Source: a virus
Strand: one strand, 5' to 3'
IMG/VR virus record: IMGVR_UViG_3300031414_000013
Span: 33,081-97,080 of that record
DNA length: 64,000 nt
Every line of letters starts with the position of its first letter. Within the stretch, counting starts at the first letter, position 1. The position numbers and the translations under genes are program-made. This document shows, piece after piece, positions 1 to 11,685 of this stretch. The notes under the pieces are model-generated. The model was not told the origin of the DNA. It searched no databases and saw nothing but the letters and a program-made list of their open reading frames with translations.

Positions 1-439
1 AACTCGCACCCAGTCGTTCCAGCAACACTTCGTATACTGGTTTGAAGAACGGTGCAAACTTCTCATGTACGTCACCTGGTAAGAAACCCAGATCTTCGTC
101 GGCTTGCAGCACCGGACGCGTCACCACGATACGAGCAACTTCTTTGTTCATCAATGCATCTGCTGCTTTAGTAGCGGCGATGTATGTTTTACCAGAACCG
201 GCTGGTCCATGTCCAAAGATCAGATCCTTCGTATCCAGCGCAAGGATGTAATGTCCCTGCGCTTCGTTCTTGGCTTCTAAAGGAGCGCGATTGCGCCCAA
301 CAGCCATGCCTATTTGTTCAACAGCCTGAGCGGGATCAAGTTGTTCAACATTGCGACGACTACCATTGCGCTTGGTGCTACGCTTATCCGCGCGACGCGC
401 TTCATGCTTAACCTGGTTAGCAAACTTCTGTCGACCCAT
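1..439 (-). CDS. phoH: PhoH-family ATPase (3' end runs off the window)
   Basis: Manually translated, absent from the ORF track: MGRQKF...IFGHGPAGSGKTY...IVVTRPVLQADEDLGFLPGD, very similar to enterobacterial PhoH; AAGGA RBS upstream. Confidence 0.95.
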   Translation of the reverse strand, partial: MGRQKFANQVKHEARRADKRSTKRNGSRRNVEQLDPAQAVEQIGMAVGRNRAPLEAKNEAQGHYILALDTKDLIFGHGPAGSGKTYIAATKAADALMNKEVARIVVTRPVLQADEDLGFLPGDVHEKFAPFFKPVYEVLLERLGAS

Positions 440-545
440 AGGTAGGTTCCTTACTGGATGTGCCTTAGCCGGTGAAACTAAGACAGCAGGAGTGTTGTTC
501 GAGAACAAGTTAAGTACATGCTTTCGAACGACGAGTTTCAGGACA

Positions 546-582
546 ATTAAAAGATGGCCTAAAGTATCACCCTTAGACCATC
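546..582 (-). terminator. Intrinsic terminator
   Basis: Minus strand GATGGTCTAAG-loop-TTTAGGCCATC followed by TTTTAATT. Confidence 0.65.
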
Positions 583-615
583 ACCTCGTTCGTAGTTAAC
601 GAACATTGCACATCA

Positions 616-2349
616 TTAGTTAAGACCGACGATCTTAATTGCTTCAGTGATCTCACCCAGTGGTAATGCTATTGCATTGTAGGACGTAGGAGAGGTCTGT
701 GAGAGCATGAGGATAGACGGATACACACGACTGGCGGTAGGAACCGGACGAGCTTCTAACCAATGTGAGGCAGCCCATTCGGCGACGGCGTCATCGTGTC
801 CCTGTGCAGTGTTGACGATGTAGACACCCGAACGAACTTCGATAAACTGAACACGCTTTTCATCAGGACGAATCTTGACGTTATCAGTAGGCAGGTACTG
901 GCGAATGTGCGCTGCGCTCATCGGGTAAGCTTTAAGATAGTAATCGGTCATCTCTTTCCAGTTGGAAACTTCGCCGATAATCTCACTGTATGTCGCAACG
1001 TACTGCATTGCAGCGAGAGTTCCCTGCTTAGGGTACCCTTGGGAGGCCACACCAGTTAAGATCTTCAGAATCTCGTCTGGGAGCTTCAGTTGGGTAGTCG
1101 GGTCCATCTTAGTCTGAACCATTGAGCCGATTAACCGCAGGCGCTTTTCTTCAGCCCACTGTTGTGCATCTACCGGGAAGAAATGCTTAACGCTGTCGTT
1201 CTCGTAAATGACCGGGTTAGCCAACGGGGTAAGGACGTGAGACTGTTTACCTAACCACTTGATAGTCGTGCCGGTTTCCATCCAGAGAGTAGCGTATGGG
1301 TTAGGGGTGAGCGTGTACTCAAGGGCACCTAACTCGAAACCTTCCTCAGTGCGGCGACGCGATACCCGGATATCGCGATACGCCTCGCCCTTAGCATTCC
1401 ATTCTGATTCAATGAACGCCTGGACGGGAACAATAGGTAGTCCGTTGGCCAGGCGCGCCAGATTGCGTCGGTAGACGGCCGGGTCACCAACCTGTCGCTT
1501 GCTAACCGCAATGCTAGTCATGCGAGAGCCGACTTCTGAGTATGTGCTGGCGTACTGACTAGGGCTGATGCCTTTGTCACTTAAGAACACAAGCAATGCA
1601 TCTACATCTGTACGCGCATGGCGAGTCAAGATACCTTCGTGCATCGCCAAACGAATCTCGCAATCCATAGACCAGTTCGACCGCATGTTCTCAGTTACAA
1701 ACTTCGGTGAGGTCAGTAACATATCGAGGTGCCACAGTTTAATGGCAAGGTCGTGCAGTGACGCAATGCGAGTAAAGTCGTCGTGCGTTTTAATGTCCTG
1801 GTTCCATGGTTGGTTCATCAACCAGACGTTCTCAGGGAGATCGTGTTTAGCGTCCCAGCGAGGACGGTCGTCTACCAGAGTAAAGTTACCTTCACCGAAT
1901 ACTTCAGTCAGGTGCTCTACCTTATCACCAGCTTTGACCGGATCTAAGATGATAGTGAAGTCGGGCCGCCAGCCCAGTTCAGCGAATGCCACTTCTGATA
2001 ATGCAGCTGCGTCAGGGTGGAAACCGCGATGCGTACAGATGCCGAGACTGGAGCCGTGTTTCTTCAACCGCTCTACAGTCTGATTGAAACGGTCGTTACC
2101 TTCACGTACACGACGTTCGGACATGAACAGTCCTTCGGCCAGCACTACGTCTAAACCGCCGTTGGTGTTAGCTGTGGTCAGATAAACACCCTCAGCTGGC
2201 AATGGGTAGCCTTTATCCGCAACGCGCTGACGCAGGGACAGGAATGTATCGTTCAGAGTGTCGTCCCAATCCAGAACGACGAAGTCCAACATGCGAGGAC
2301 TGGTAAAGGTTAAATCTTTGACGAAAGCGGGTTCTTCGATATTGTACAC
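616..2349 (-). CDS. HAD-superfamily phosphatase (5'(3')-nucleotidase-like) N-domain fused to a large unknown C-domain
   Basis: LDWDDTL (DxDxT), ICTHRG, LVDD and QPWN motifs; likely GTG start at 2349 behind AAGGA. Confidence 0.7.
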   Translation of the reverse strand: MYNIEEPAFVKDLTFTSPRMLDFVVLDWDDTLNDTFLSLRQRVADKGYPLPAEGVYLTTANTNGGLDVVLAEGLFMSERRVREGNDRFNQTVERLKKHGSSLGICTHRGFHPDAAALSEVAFAELGWRPDFTIILDPVKAGDKVEHLTEVFGEGNFTLVDDRPRWDAKHDLPENVWLMNQPWNQDIKTHDDFTRIASLHDLAIKLWHLDMLLTSPKFVTENMRSNWSMDCEIRLAMHEGILTRHARTDVDALLVFLSDKGISPSQYASTYSEVGSRMTSIAVSKRQVGDPAVYRRNLARLANGLPIVPVQAFIESEWNAKGEAYRDIRVSRRRTEEGFELGALEYTLTPNPYATLWMETGTTIKWLGKQSHVLTPLANPVIYENDSVKHFFPVDAQQWAEEKRLRLIGSMVQTKMDPTTQLKLPDEILKILTGVASQGYPKQGTLAAMQYVATYSEIIGEVSNWKEMTDYYLKAYPMSAAHIRQYLPTDNVKIRPDEKRVQFIEVRSGVYIVNTAQGHDDAVAEWAASHWLEARPVPTASRVYPSILMLSQTSPTSYNAIALPLGEITEAIKIVGLN

Positions 2350-2350
2350 G

Positions 2351-2986
2351 TTACAGTCCTTCTGGAATAAAGTTAATAGAGTGAAGTTCCTGAACCCAGT
2401 CAGGACGCGAGCTTTCAGTATCGCCACCAAACTTCAGGACGATGCGGTCGCTCTCCTGCATCCAGTACTTGTTGTTCAACCACACCAACACATTCGCGTC
2501 GTTGATAATCACCCGGTCGATGATATTGTAGTTAACACGAATAGGTTCACTGATTGAAACCGCGCTTGGTTCGATATCCAACTTACCTAACGGGGAGAGA
2601 ATACGTCCCAGCTTGTTCACCAAAGAAATGACGCCGATTGTGCCAACCAGCTCAACGGTCTTTGGTATAAGTCGGAATTTAACACGAATGCGAGAATCTT
2701 TCTTACTGAAGAGAATAGCACAACGATCGTAGGTGATCTGTTGTCCGAACTCAGACCCAACCAACTTAAACGGTCTCCGAGCTTTGAACACCAAACCATG
2801 ACGATTGTTATTCGATGTTGTATAGAGACTAACGATCAGTGCAAGTCGTAATGCCGCAATCTCTTCTGTAGACAGAGTAACCTCAACATCCTGTATCTTC
2901 ACTCTGAAAAACGCTTCCACTACAAGTCCGTGTTCTTGTGCATAGTCGAGCATATGCAAATACGCAGGCTTAGCTAAATCTACCAT
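2351..2986 (-). CDS. Hypothetical protein
   Basis: 211-aa ORF in operon, AGGTG RBS. Confidence 0.7.
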   Translation of the reverse strand: MVDLAKPAYLHMLDYAQEHGLVVEAFFRVKIQDVEVTLSTEEIAALRLALIVSLYTTSNNNRHGLVFKARRPFKLVGSEFGQQITYDRCAILFSKKDSRIRVKFRLIPKTVELVGTIGVISLVNKLGRILSPLGKLDIEPSAVSISEPIRVNYNIIDRVIINDANVLVWLNNKYWMQESDRIVLKFGGDTESSRPDWVQELHSINFIPEGL

Positions 2987-3003
2987 TTAATAAGCACCTT
3001 GTT

Positions 3004-3585
3004 TTATTTGTAAACGCCGGAGATGTGATGTTTCCGGCAGACAGACACGTAACGATCGTTGCCACCAATGACAACCTGTTCACCCTTACGTGAGACCTTA
3101 CCTTCGTCATCGATGCGCAGCACCATTGTTGCTTTGCGACCACAATGACAGATGGTTTTGATTTCTTCGAGTTTGTCAGCAATAGCCAACAGACGATGAC
3201 TACCTGGGAACAGTTCACCCTGGAAGTCGGTACGCAGACCATAACACATAACCGGGATGTCCAGCATGTCTACGATGTCAGACAACTGATCTACTTGGTC
3301 ACGAGTCAGGAACTGTGCTTCATCTACCATGATACACGCAATGCGACGTGCATCGTTAGCATGCACGGTGTATTGGTAAATGTTAGAATTCGGCAATACC
3401 GTGATTGCTTCGTGGGTCAGGCCAATGCGTGATACTGCTTCGGGCTTCGCTGTCTCACGTGTGTCGATTGCTGGCTTGAAGATAACGACATGCATACCGC
3501 GTTCTTCGTAGTTGTATGCAGCCTGAATTAAAGCGGTAGTTTTACCACTGTTCATCTGACCGTATTTAAAATAAAGGCTAGACAT
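3004..3585 (-). CDS. tdk: Thymidine kinase
   Basis: GQMNSGKT, VDEAQFL, YGLRTDFQGELFPGS, zinc ligands CHCG...CRKH. Confidence 0.97.
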   Translation of the reverse strand: MSSLYFKYGQMNSGKTTALIQAAYNYEERGMHVVIFKPAIDTRETAKPEAVSRIGLTHEAITVLPNSNIYQYTVHANDARRIACIMVDEAQFLTRDQVDQLSDIVDMLDIPVMCYGLRTDFQGELFPGSHRLLAIADKLEEIKTICHCGRKATMVLRIDDEGKVSRKGEQVVIGGNDRYVSVCRKHHISGVYK

Positions 3586-3623
3586 AATCTATTCTCTTAT
3601 GGTGGTTTTCTAAATGATTCAAC

Positions 3624-3662
3624 GGCATAATAAAAATTTACCAGGGGGCTAGCCCTGGTAAA
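3624..3662 (-). terminator. Hairpin with TATGCC-type tail
   Basis: TTTACCAGGG/CCCTGGTAAA stem, then TTTTTATTATGCC on minus strand. Confidence 0.75.
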
Positions 3663-3666
3663 CTTG

Positions 3667-4143
3667 TTAGTCGCACGGCTTCCAGTATTCGTCTGTGAAA
3701 TACAACTCTGTGGGAAGTTTCTTATCCGTGAGTAACTTCTGAACCTGAACACGAACACGCTCAAGTTGTGCCATGCAATCTTCATCTTTTCCTTCAACAT
3801 AGAGGATAGACATGTGCGGGGCGTAGTTGTCGTAGCTGTAACTGAAACCAGCATCGATCAACTCAAAGTGACGCTTCATGATTTTGTCTGATGAAAGCAA
3901 CAGAACAACGGCTTTACCCAAGACAGCCACACCCATTACACTGGCGTGATAAATCTCAGGTGGAATCTCGATATCGTCCGTGGTTTTACTGTTACGCTCA
4001 TCATACATCAGAGTGCAGTGAAGTTTCTCAATCGGAATCAGTTTCAATCCTTTAGGCAGATCCAGATCACGAATAGCCTTCAACACGTTATTGTGTGGGT
4101 TGATAATCGGCTTTAGTGCCGAGTACCCGATTTTTGTACTCAT
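3667..4143 (-). CDS. acb1: Acb1-like (T4 gp57B family) 2H phosphoesterase, putative anti-CBASS nuclease
   Basis: Two HxT/S motifs (LHCTLMY, PHMSILY) with the gp57B-type GFSYSYDNYAPH segment; start at MSTKIG. Confidence 0.8.
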   Translation of the reverse strand: MSTKIGYSALKPIINPHNNVLKAIRDLDLPKGLKLIPIEKLHCTLMYDERNSKTTDDIEIPPEIYHASVMGVAVLGKAVVLLLSSDKIMKRHFELIDAGFSYSYDNYAPHMSILYVEGKDEDCMAQLERVRVQVQKLLTDKKLPTELYFTDEYWKPCD

Positions 4144-4172
4144 TGCTAATCCTCTACGATAAATGCATAGAA

Positions 4173-4370
4173 TTAGCGACGGTTCCCACAATACCGACTT
4201 GCGGTTAGAATCAGGTAGATAAGGATAGGAAGCCACCCCGTTGCCAGAACAACACGTTTGATTGTCAGCCAACCGTCCGCATTGCAATAGTTACGTGAGT
4301 CACAGTGCTTCTCTAACATACGGTCGATCAGTAAAGCCACTATTAAATAGAGAGCCAGTCCATAATACAT
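4173..4370 (-). CDS. Small two-TM membrane protein
   Basis: 65 aa with two hydrophobic segments. Confidence 0.55.
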   Translation of the reverse strand: MYYGLALYLIVALLIDRMLEKHCDSRNYCNADGWLTIKRVVLATGWLPILIYLILTASRYCGNRR

Positions 4371-4379
4371 ACGACCACC

Positions 4380-4427
4380 AAAAAAAAAAGAAGATAGGCT
4401 GCGTAGGGAGCCTTTCGGCTCCCTACG
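4380..4427 (-). terminator. Hairpin with displaced T10 tract
   Basis: CGTAGGGAGCC-GAAA-GGCTCCCTACG, about 12-nt spacer, then T10. Confidence 0.8.
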
Positions 4428-4429
4428 GG

Positions 4430-4774
4430 TTAGATTGCTTCGGTGATATCACCGCCGGTCAGCTCACGATATGCACGTGCGATCTCAATACCGTCTTCGG
4501 TAACAGAGAAGCTTGCGCGCGACAGACCATGCTCAGCCAGGACTTCAGTGCGAGCAGACAGTGGGGTAAACAGACCCAGTGCCAGCCAGGTGATGGTCAG
4601 TACTTTACCATCGCTGTAGTCCGGGATTTCGGATGTAGTGTCAACAGTGAATTCGTGAATGAATTTACCGTTAGCACGAGCAACTGTAACCTTCATTGCT
4701 TCGCGACCACCTGCTACACACACGGTATCACGAGTAATGACGATATCACCTACAGCACGAAAATGTTCAGACAT
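4430..4774 (-). CDS. Hypothetical protein
   Basis: Start MSEHF behind AAAGGAAA. Confidence 0.7.
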   Translation of the reverse strand: MSEHFRAVGDIVITRDTVCVAGGREAMKVTVARANGKFIHEFTVDTTSEIPDYSDGKVLTITWLALGLFTPLSARTEVLAEHGLSRASFSVTEDGIEIARAYRELTGGDITEAI

Positions 4775-4784
4775 ACAATTTCCT

Positions 4785-5396
4785 TTATTTAATATAGCCG
4801 GTGTAACCAGCGACGTTAGTATTAACAAAATTCACCTTAGGGTCATATTCAACCTTGAGGCGTTTATTTGTTCCATTCTCCATGGTGGCTATCGCATCCC
4901 AGTGGTTAGGAGCACTTTCGCTAAGTAAAGTCACTTCCTTACACCCTGGCGCATTCACACCGTCATTCCGTTTGGTTACACCAGTGACAGTTTGACAAGC
5001 GGTGTCTGCAATGCCCACCTTATCTACTTTCAGCTCGTTGTACGCAAGCATAACGATACTGAATAATAACGCTGCCATCGACACATGGAATACGCGATGG
5101 TGTCTTCCAGTAAGGGTATCCCTTTTCCACGCATAGACCGGTATGAATAAAAACCAGATCCAGTGGGGTGGGCGATACCCAGCCTTTGCAAGTACACGCC
5201 TGTCGATAATAAACAGGGCAATTGCAATTGCAAGAGCCGCCACACTTACCGCAGTGTCAGCAAGCATTCCAAAGGTCGGAAGCAGACTGTGGATTGTCCC
5301 CAATGCAATCAGAACATAAATCCATTCTTTGGTGACGTACGGTTGGTGTCGAGGTGTCTGGAAAATATCACCATCGTAATCAGCGCTTCTCAGCAT
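4785..5396 (-). CDS. Multi-pass membrane protein with periplasmic C-domain
   Basis: Several TM segments, WFLFIPVYAWKR motif, two Cys in the C-domain. Confidence 0.7.
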   Translation of the reverse strand: MLRSADYDGDIFQTPRHQPYVTKEWIYVLIALGTIHSLLPTFGMLADTAVSVAALAIAIALFIIDRRVLAKAGYRPPHWIWFLFIPVYAWKRDTLTGRHHRVFHVSMAALLFSIVMLAYNELKVDKVGIADTACQTVTGVTKRNDGVNAPGCKEVTLLSESAPNHWDAIATMENGTNKRLKVEYDPKVNFVNTNVAGYTGYIK

Positions 5397-5429
5397 ATCT
5401 TCGGGTTCCTTTGTTTTAATTTACTAACC

Positions 5430-5456
5430 GGCATAAAACCCTCCTCGAAAGGAGGG
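5430..5456 (-). terminator. Hairpin + TTTTATGCC
   Basis: CCCTCCT-TTCG-AGGAGGG-TTTTATGCC. Confidence 0.8.
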
Positions 5457-5463
5457 CTGGTTA

Positions 5464-5856
5464 TTACAGTAAAGCGCTGGCTTCTTCACCACGCCCTAAC
5501 ACCAGGTGATGAACACGTGACGACTCGATCTCGCGTACAGTACGCAAGTCCGCGTTGAATGTCACCATGTTCCTAGCAACCTGTTCGTCGCTCAACCCTT
5601 CGGCCTTCTGACGCTCGGCGTATTCAGCCATAGCTACAGACGAAGGGTAAACGACGTACACTTCAAACTTTGCATCCACCGCAGCATTCAAGGCATCCAT
5701 TGTCAACGGACCACAGATCGACATAACATCCTCTGGAATGTCAGTCAGGTCATCCGCCGACAGTGTGTCTTTCCACAGTACTTTACTGGGGTCTGACGCT
5801 TGTTCAGCCCAGCGTTTCAATCCAACGCCCGGGTAGCCTAAAACGATACCTGTCAT
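5464..5856 (-). CDS. Degenerate P-loop kinase-like protein
   Basis: GIVLGYPGVGLK (imperfect Walker A) and VYVVYP..EY.ER pattern. Confidence 0.45.
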   Translation of the reverse strand: MTGIVLGYPGVGLKRWAEQASDPSKVLWKDTLSADDLTDIPEDVMSICGPLTMDALNAAVDAKFEVYVVYPSSVAMAEYAERQKAEGLSDEQVARNMVTFNADLRTVREIESSRVHHLVLGRGEEASALL

Positions 5857-6077
5857 TGCGAAGTACCAATAGTTGACTGACGCTGATAGTTCATCAACCA
5901 CTCACCGATCTTACCGAGGTAGCGACTTTCATCGCTGGGCAAGGAGAGAATGGCTTTTTCATCAGCACCAAAAGTGAGTGTTAAGTTAGTGGCGTCACTG
6001 GTCTTATCGTAAGTTGCTTCAGCAGCAACCAGTTCTTTCAACGCCAGGCGAGTGTGTCGCCTTCCTGACTTATCCAT
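5853..6077 (-). CDS. Hypothetical protein
   Basis: 74 aa, overlapping stop/start with neighbour. Confidence 0.6.
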   Translation of the reverse strand: MDKSGRRHTRLALKELVAAEATYDKTSDATNLTLTFGADEKAILSLPSDESRYLGKIGEWLMNYQRQSTIGTSQ

Positions 6078-6090
6078 TGACGCCCCCTAA

Positions 6091-6273
6091 TTAGATCTTA
6101 CAGCCGTCGCCGCAGTCGTTATCGCCTGCTGCCACTTCGATTGCTTCACCGCCACCAGAACGCATCTGGTCGACTTTCTCTTCTGACCCTTCCAGGTCCA
6201 GGTTGCCCAGCGCACCATCAATGTCCAGTTCCCCAGCTGATGCTTTACCCAGAATCTCGTCTACCTTACTCAT
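6091..6273 (-). CDS. Acidic 60-aa protein ending in an NrdA-like C-terminal cysteine tail
   Basis: Ends DNDCGDGCKI; AAGGA upstream. Confidence 0.65.
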   Translation of the reverse strand: MSKVDEILGKASAGELDIDGALGNLDLEGSEEKVDQMRSGGGEAIEVAAGDNDCGDGCKI

Positions 6274-6646
6274 CTTCGTTTTCCTTACAGTTAGGATTGT
6301 TAATCAACATACCATTGGCATCTTTGAACGTGACGTCAATAGAACCATCCAATAGACCTTGTAAAGTAGCCAACACTTCCTCTGCCCGACTGTATGCAAA
6401 GAACGTGTCGCTACTAATGAAGTACATAATCTCACGAACTTGCTGGTTCGTGGCTTTCTTACCCAGCTCGGTGGCCAAGGCACGCATGGTGCGGTTCTTC
6501 GGCTTCTTACAACCAGGTTCGTTGAGTTCGCGCATCTGCGTTGAGATACTCAAGAGTGCGCTAGATAACTCACGACCCATCTGTAGTAGCGGCAGGTGTT
6601 CCATGGTCTTCCTTATATAAGTAGTCGAGCGAAAGTCCGAAGGCAT
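6266..6646 (-). CDS. Hypothetical protein (start may be MEHL, ~6604)
   Basis: ORF in operon. Confidence 0.6.
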   Translation of the reverse strand: MPSDFRSTTYIRKTMEHLPLLQMGRELSSALLSISTQMRELNEPGCKKPKNRTMRALATELGKKATNQQVREIMYFISSDTFFAYSRAEEVLATLQGLLDGSIDVTFKDANGMLINNPNCKENEDE

Positions 6647-6902
6647 TGTTTATAAAACGATTGCCTGCTTTTGGATCAGGAGGGTTCTCAGTGCTCGAAT
6701 AATAGAACCCAACTTCAAGACCCTTAGACTTGTCTATGCTCAGTTTAACTCTGCGATCCAACCGATGTACTACGTCAGCTAGAAAGTTCTCCAGAGACCG
6801 ACTGACGTCGTCTACGGGGGTGTCGTACTGTGGATACGAACACACCCCAACGAGTTTGTCTTCTATGTCAGAATCGAAGAACGATAAGACTATAAAAGAC
6901 AT
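6570..6902 (-). CDS. Hypothetical protein
   Basis: ORF with AAGGA RBS. Confidence 0.6.
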   Translation of the reverse strand: MSFIVLSFFDSDIEDKLVGVCSYPQYDTPVDDVSRSLENFLADVVHRLDRRVKLSIDKSKGLEVGFYYSSTENPPDPKAGNRFINNAFGLSLDYLYKEDHGTPAATTDGS

Positions 6903-6912
6903 TTATCGTTCC

Positions 6913-7815
6913 TTAGTTTTCCACCGCAGTTTTGCTCAGGCGAGCTTGCGCATGGTTGTAAGTATCATCGCGACCGAAGTCAATCACGCGGATGCTGGAC
7001 TGCGCGATTATCGGGTACATAGTAATGACGATCGCTATAAAATAGTACCCGGCTTCAGCGTTATGACGCACTTCAACGGTGTGAGTGTAGCCGAAGTTTT
7101 CAGCACGCAGTAATCCTGCATAGTCGTCTACAAGCTCTTTACTCTCATGACGCAACGCAACAATCACACCGTTCCGATGGTGCTTAACCAAAACCGGCAT
7201 AACGTCAGATGGCACTGCCCAAGACTGAGGTGTAAGTTCCCGGTCAAGATTGAATTCGGCCTCATCCTCAATTGGTGCCTCCAGGAAACCCATGAAGTAA
7301 AGACGCAGTTTGTTCAGAATCTCGTACAGCACGCGAGTCTTCTCTGGAGTCTGCGCTGAGAACGTAACGCTACCGCCAGCAAAACCAACTACGATAGTGG
7401 TAGTGGCCGGACGAGGTTCTTCATCGCCGATGCGAGTCGGTTCTACCAAACTGATGCTGTAGGTGTTGGCCAGATCAAAACCGACTTCAGTAGGTACTGA
7501 GATCTGGTAGTGATAATGGTGCGGTACATTAACCACAGCAAGCACGCGACCAGTTTTAGAAATACGCAGGTTGCAAACTGACTTAAACTGCAAGAACGGG
7601 GCAAAGATCAAATCATCGAGGACGGTCTTAGCTTCAGACTTCTCGTCAATCAATTCTGCCAGTTCGTGCTCGAACACCAGGAACTCGATACCCATGGCAT
7701 CCTCTACGATAGCAGTGCCCGGTTCAGTACCAAAACCGAGATAGCGAACAGACTTAGAGCAGATGCCTTCGTCTGGGTCGTTCCATTGATACCAGGTATT
7801 CTTCACCAGTTTCAT
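6913..7815 (-). CDS. Hypothetical protein
   Basis: 300 aa, ATGA overlap with upstream gene. Confidence 0.75.
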   Translation of the reverse strand: MKLVKNTWYQWNDPDEGICSKSVRYLGFGTEPGTAIVEDAMGIEFLVFEHELAELIDEKSEAKTVLDDLIFAPFLQFKSVCNLRISKTGRVLAVVNVPHHYHYQISVPTEVGFDLANTYSISLVEPTRIGDEEPRPATTTIVVGFAGGSVTFSAQTPEKTRVLYEILNKLRLYFMGFLEAPIEDEAEFNLDRELTPQSWAVPSDVMPVLVKHHRNGVIVALRHESKELVDDYAGLLRAENFGYTHTVEVRHNAEAGYYFIAIVITMYPIIAQSSIRVIDFGRDDTYNHAQARLSKTAVEN

Positions 7816-8312
7816 TTGTTCTTTCCTTTCATTTTGAAGTTTGAGGCAAGAGCAGCAAGCTCGTCGAATGTACGAATAACAAACTGATGCTCTTTGGCGT
7901 CAGTTGCTTTACAGAAAAGCTTCACTGCGTCTTCCAGCGTATCCGTAAGCTCTAAGGCAGCGCGGGCATGCTCTTCTGCGGTAAGGTACTGAGATCGACA
8001 GGTCAACACACCCGGCCCGGTCATAATACGAACCTCACTGAGAAACGAATTTTCCTTATCGACGAAATAGTCACGCAAAACGCCATGCTCATCGACAACG
8101 GCAGTTATCCAGCGACTATCGTGGTTGATGTTATCGGAAACGCCGTCAGCGCGATAGTCCAGGAAGTTAGCGAACACCGGACTAGTCGGTACCAACACGC
8201 CGTACTTAGTAGTCAAAACAGCCAGCGGAATATGTGTGTACATGCCATTGGGACGAACTTCACCACACACGAAAGCAATTCGGTTGTCTCGAACCATATA
8301 AACGTTTGACAT
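7812..8312 (-). CDS. Possible degenerate Ntn-hydrolase/HslV-like subunit
   Basis: N-terminal strands MSNVYMVRDNRIAFV and C-terminal ARAALELTDTLEDAV helix pattern parallel the adjacent HslV-like gene; catalytic motifs lost. Confidence 0.4.
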   Translation of the reverse strand: MSNVYMVRDNRIAFVCGEVRPNGMYTHIPLAVLTTKYGVLVPTSPVFANFLDYRADGVSDNINHDSRWITAVVDEHGVLRDYFVDKENSFLSEVRIMTGPGVLTCRSQYLTAEEHARAALELTDTLEDAVKLFCKATDAKEHQFVIRTFDELAALASNFKMKGKNK

Positions 8313-8313
8313 C

Positions 8314-8835
8314 TCAACCTACCTTAATTGCTTTCAGTTTGTTAGCGTGATACACATCTACACCACGACCAGACAGGGTGTCCATTCGGTTAGCGAATTC
8401 AACGGCCTGTTTTGGTGTACGACCAGAGAGCATGGCGGAGGATGCGAAGGTAGCACCCGTACCAACTGTGAAGTAGTCGATGTGCTCGTCGGAGATTGAG
8501 ATCAACCCTTCGATGATACTGATAAACAGTTTGCGAGTCAGGATCAGGGTGGGTTTACGCACACGTTTACTAACCGCAAGAGCGAGTTCAGTGAATCCGG
8601 TGTCAGTCAACTGACCACCTCCCGCAAAGTGGTGAGCAACCATGCGGAACAGTTTCTCTAACTCGTCAGTGTGGTTCTTACTGAGATCGATGCCAGTAGA
8701 ACCGTAGACGAATGTACCGCAGTCAGACATTTTCAGCTTTGGACCATCAGCGAAATGCGTACCACCGTCGTCACCCTTGATTAGCAATTGGCGATCAGCG
8801 GCGATACATTTACTATTAACAACAATCGTTGTCAT
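8314..8835 (-). CDS. HslV/proteasome-beta-like Ntn threonine peptidase
   Basis: M-TTIV N-terminus, AADRQ, Lys near 33, VGTGATFA..AM..G.TP..AV..A...D..SG. Confidence 0.85.
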   Translation of the reverse strand: MTTIVVNSKCIAADRQLLIKGDDGGTHFADGPKLKMSDCGTFVYGSTGIDLSKNHTDELEKLFRMVAHHFAGGGQLTDTGFTELALAVSKRVRKPTLILTRKLFISIIEGLISISDEHIDYFTVGTGATFASSAMLSGRTPKQAVEFANRMDTLSGRGVDVYHANKLKAIKVG

Positions 8836-8865
8836 GTTTTGATTCCTTATGGTGCGAAATAGAAC

Positions 8866-8896
8866 GAGAGTGGGTTTTCACCCACTCTCTTATGCC
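8866..8896. terminator. Hairpin with TTATGCC on the plus side
   Basis: GAGAGTGGGT-TTTC-ACCCACTCTC-TTATGCC. Confidence 0.7.
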
Positions 8897-9217
8897 TTAG
8901 AAGCCGTTAGACTTCATGCTGCGATCTGGGCTACCACGACCTGTGCGTTCAGGGGTGCGCGCAACAGACTTAACTACATCGCGACCAATCAGCAGACCGG
9001 AGTCCAGCTGGAAAGTAATCGCGTCGCCAACAGACAGAGTTTTCTCACCTTCCAGATAGTCGACCTTAACCGGAACCTGGCAGTGGTCTTCACCAGAGAT
9101 AAAGATACCTTTCTTGTTGATGGCAACAACTTCAGCCTTGACGGTGGTGACGTCACCTGCTTTGCCTTCCTGGACATTCAGCAGTGGTTTGAATTTATCA
9201 GCAATGGTCAGTTTCAT
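8897..9217 (-). CDS. Small beta-rich (S1/OB-like) protein
   Basis: VKAEVVAINKKGIFI and LSVGDAITF resemble S1 strands. Confidence 0.45.
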   Translation of the reverse strand: MKLTIADKFKPLLNVQEGKAGDVTTVKAEVVAINKKGIFISGEDHCQVPVKVDYLEGEKTLSVGDAITFQLDSGLLIGRDVVKSVARTPERTGRGSPDRSMKSNGF

Positions 9218-9247
9218 TTCTTACGTTCCTATTAGTAAAGGGGAGCC

Positions 9248-11618
<2,371 letters not shown>

Positions 11619-11685
11619 TGTGTTTCCTTATATGGGTTAGTCAGAGAATTTCTCGTGCGTGTAAATTACTACCACATTCGCACTA

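Noticed and set aside
42-599. Three short plus-strand ORFs in the track
   Set aside because: They overlap the clear minus-strand phoH, which the track missed because it runs off the window edge.
2349-2430. Apparent long gene overlaps suggesting frameshifting (also 4774-4828, 6570-6646, 12919-13009)
   Set aside because: Mostly explained by the track choosing upstream starts; downstream starts with good RBSs remove or shrink the overlaps, and no slippery site is evident.
4826-4870. Possible eighth early promoter upstream of 4430..4774
   Set aside because: Only partial similarity to the motif and located inside a coding region.
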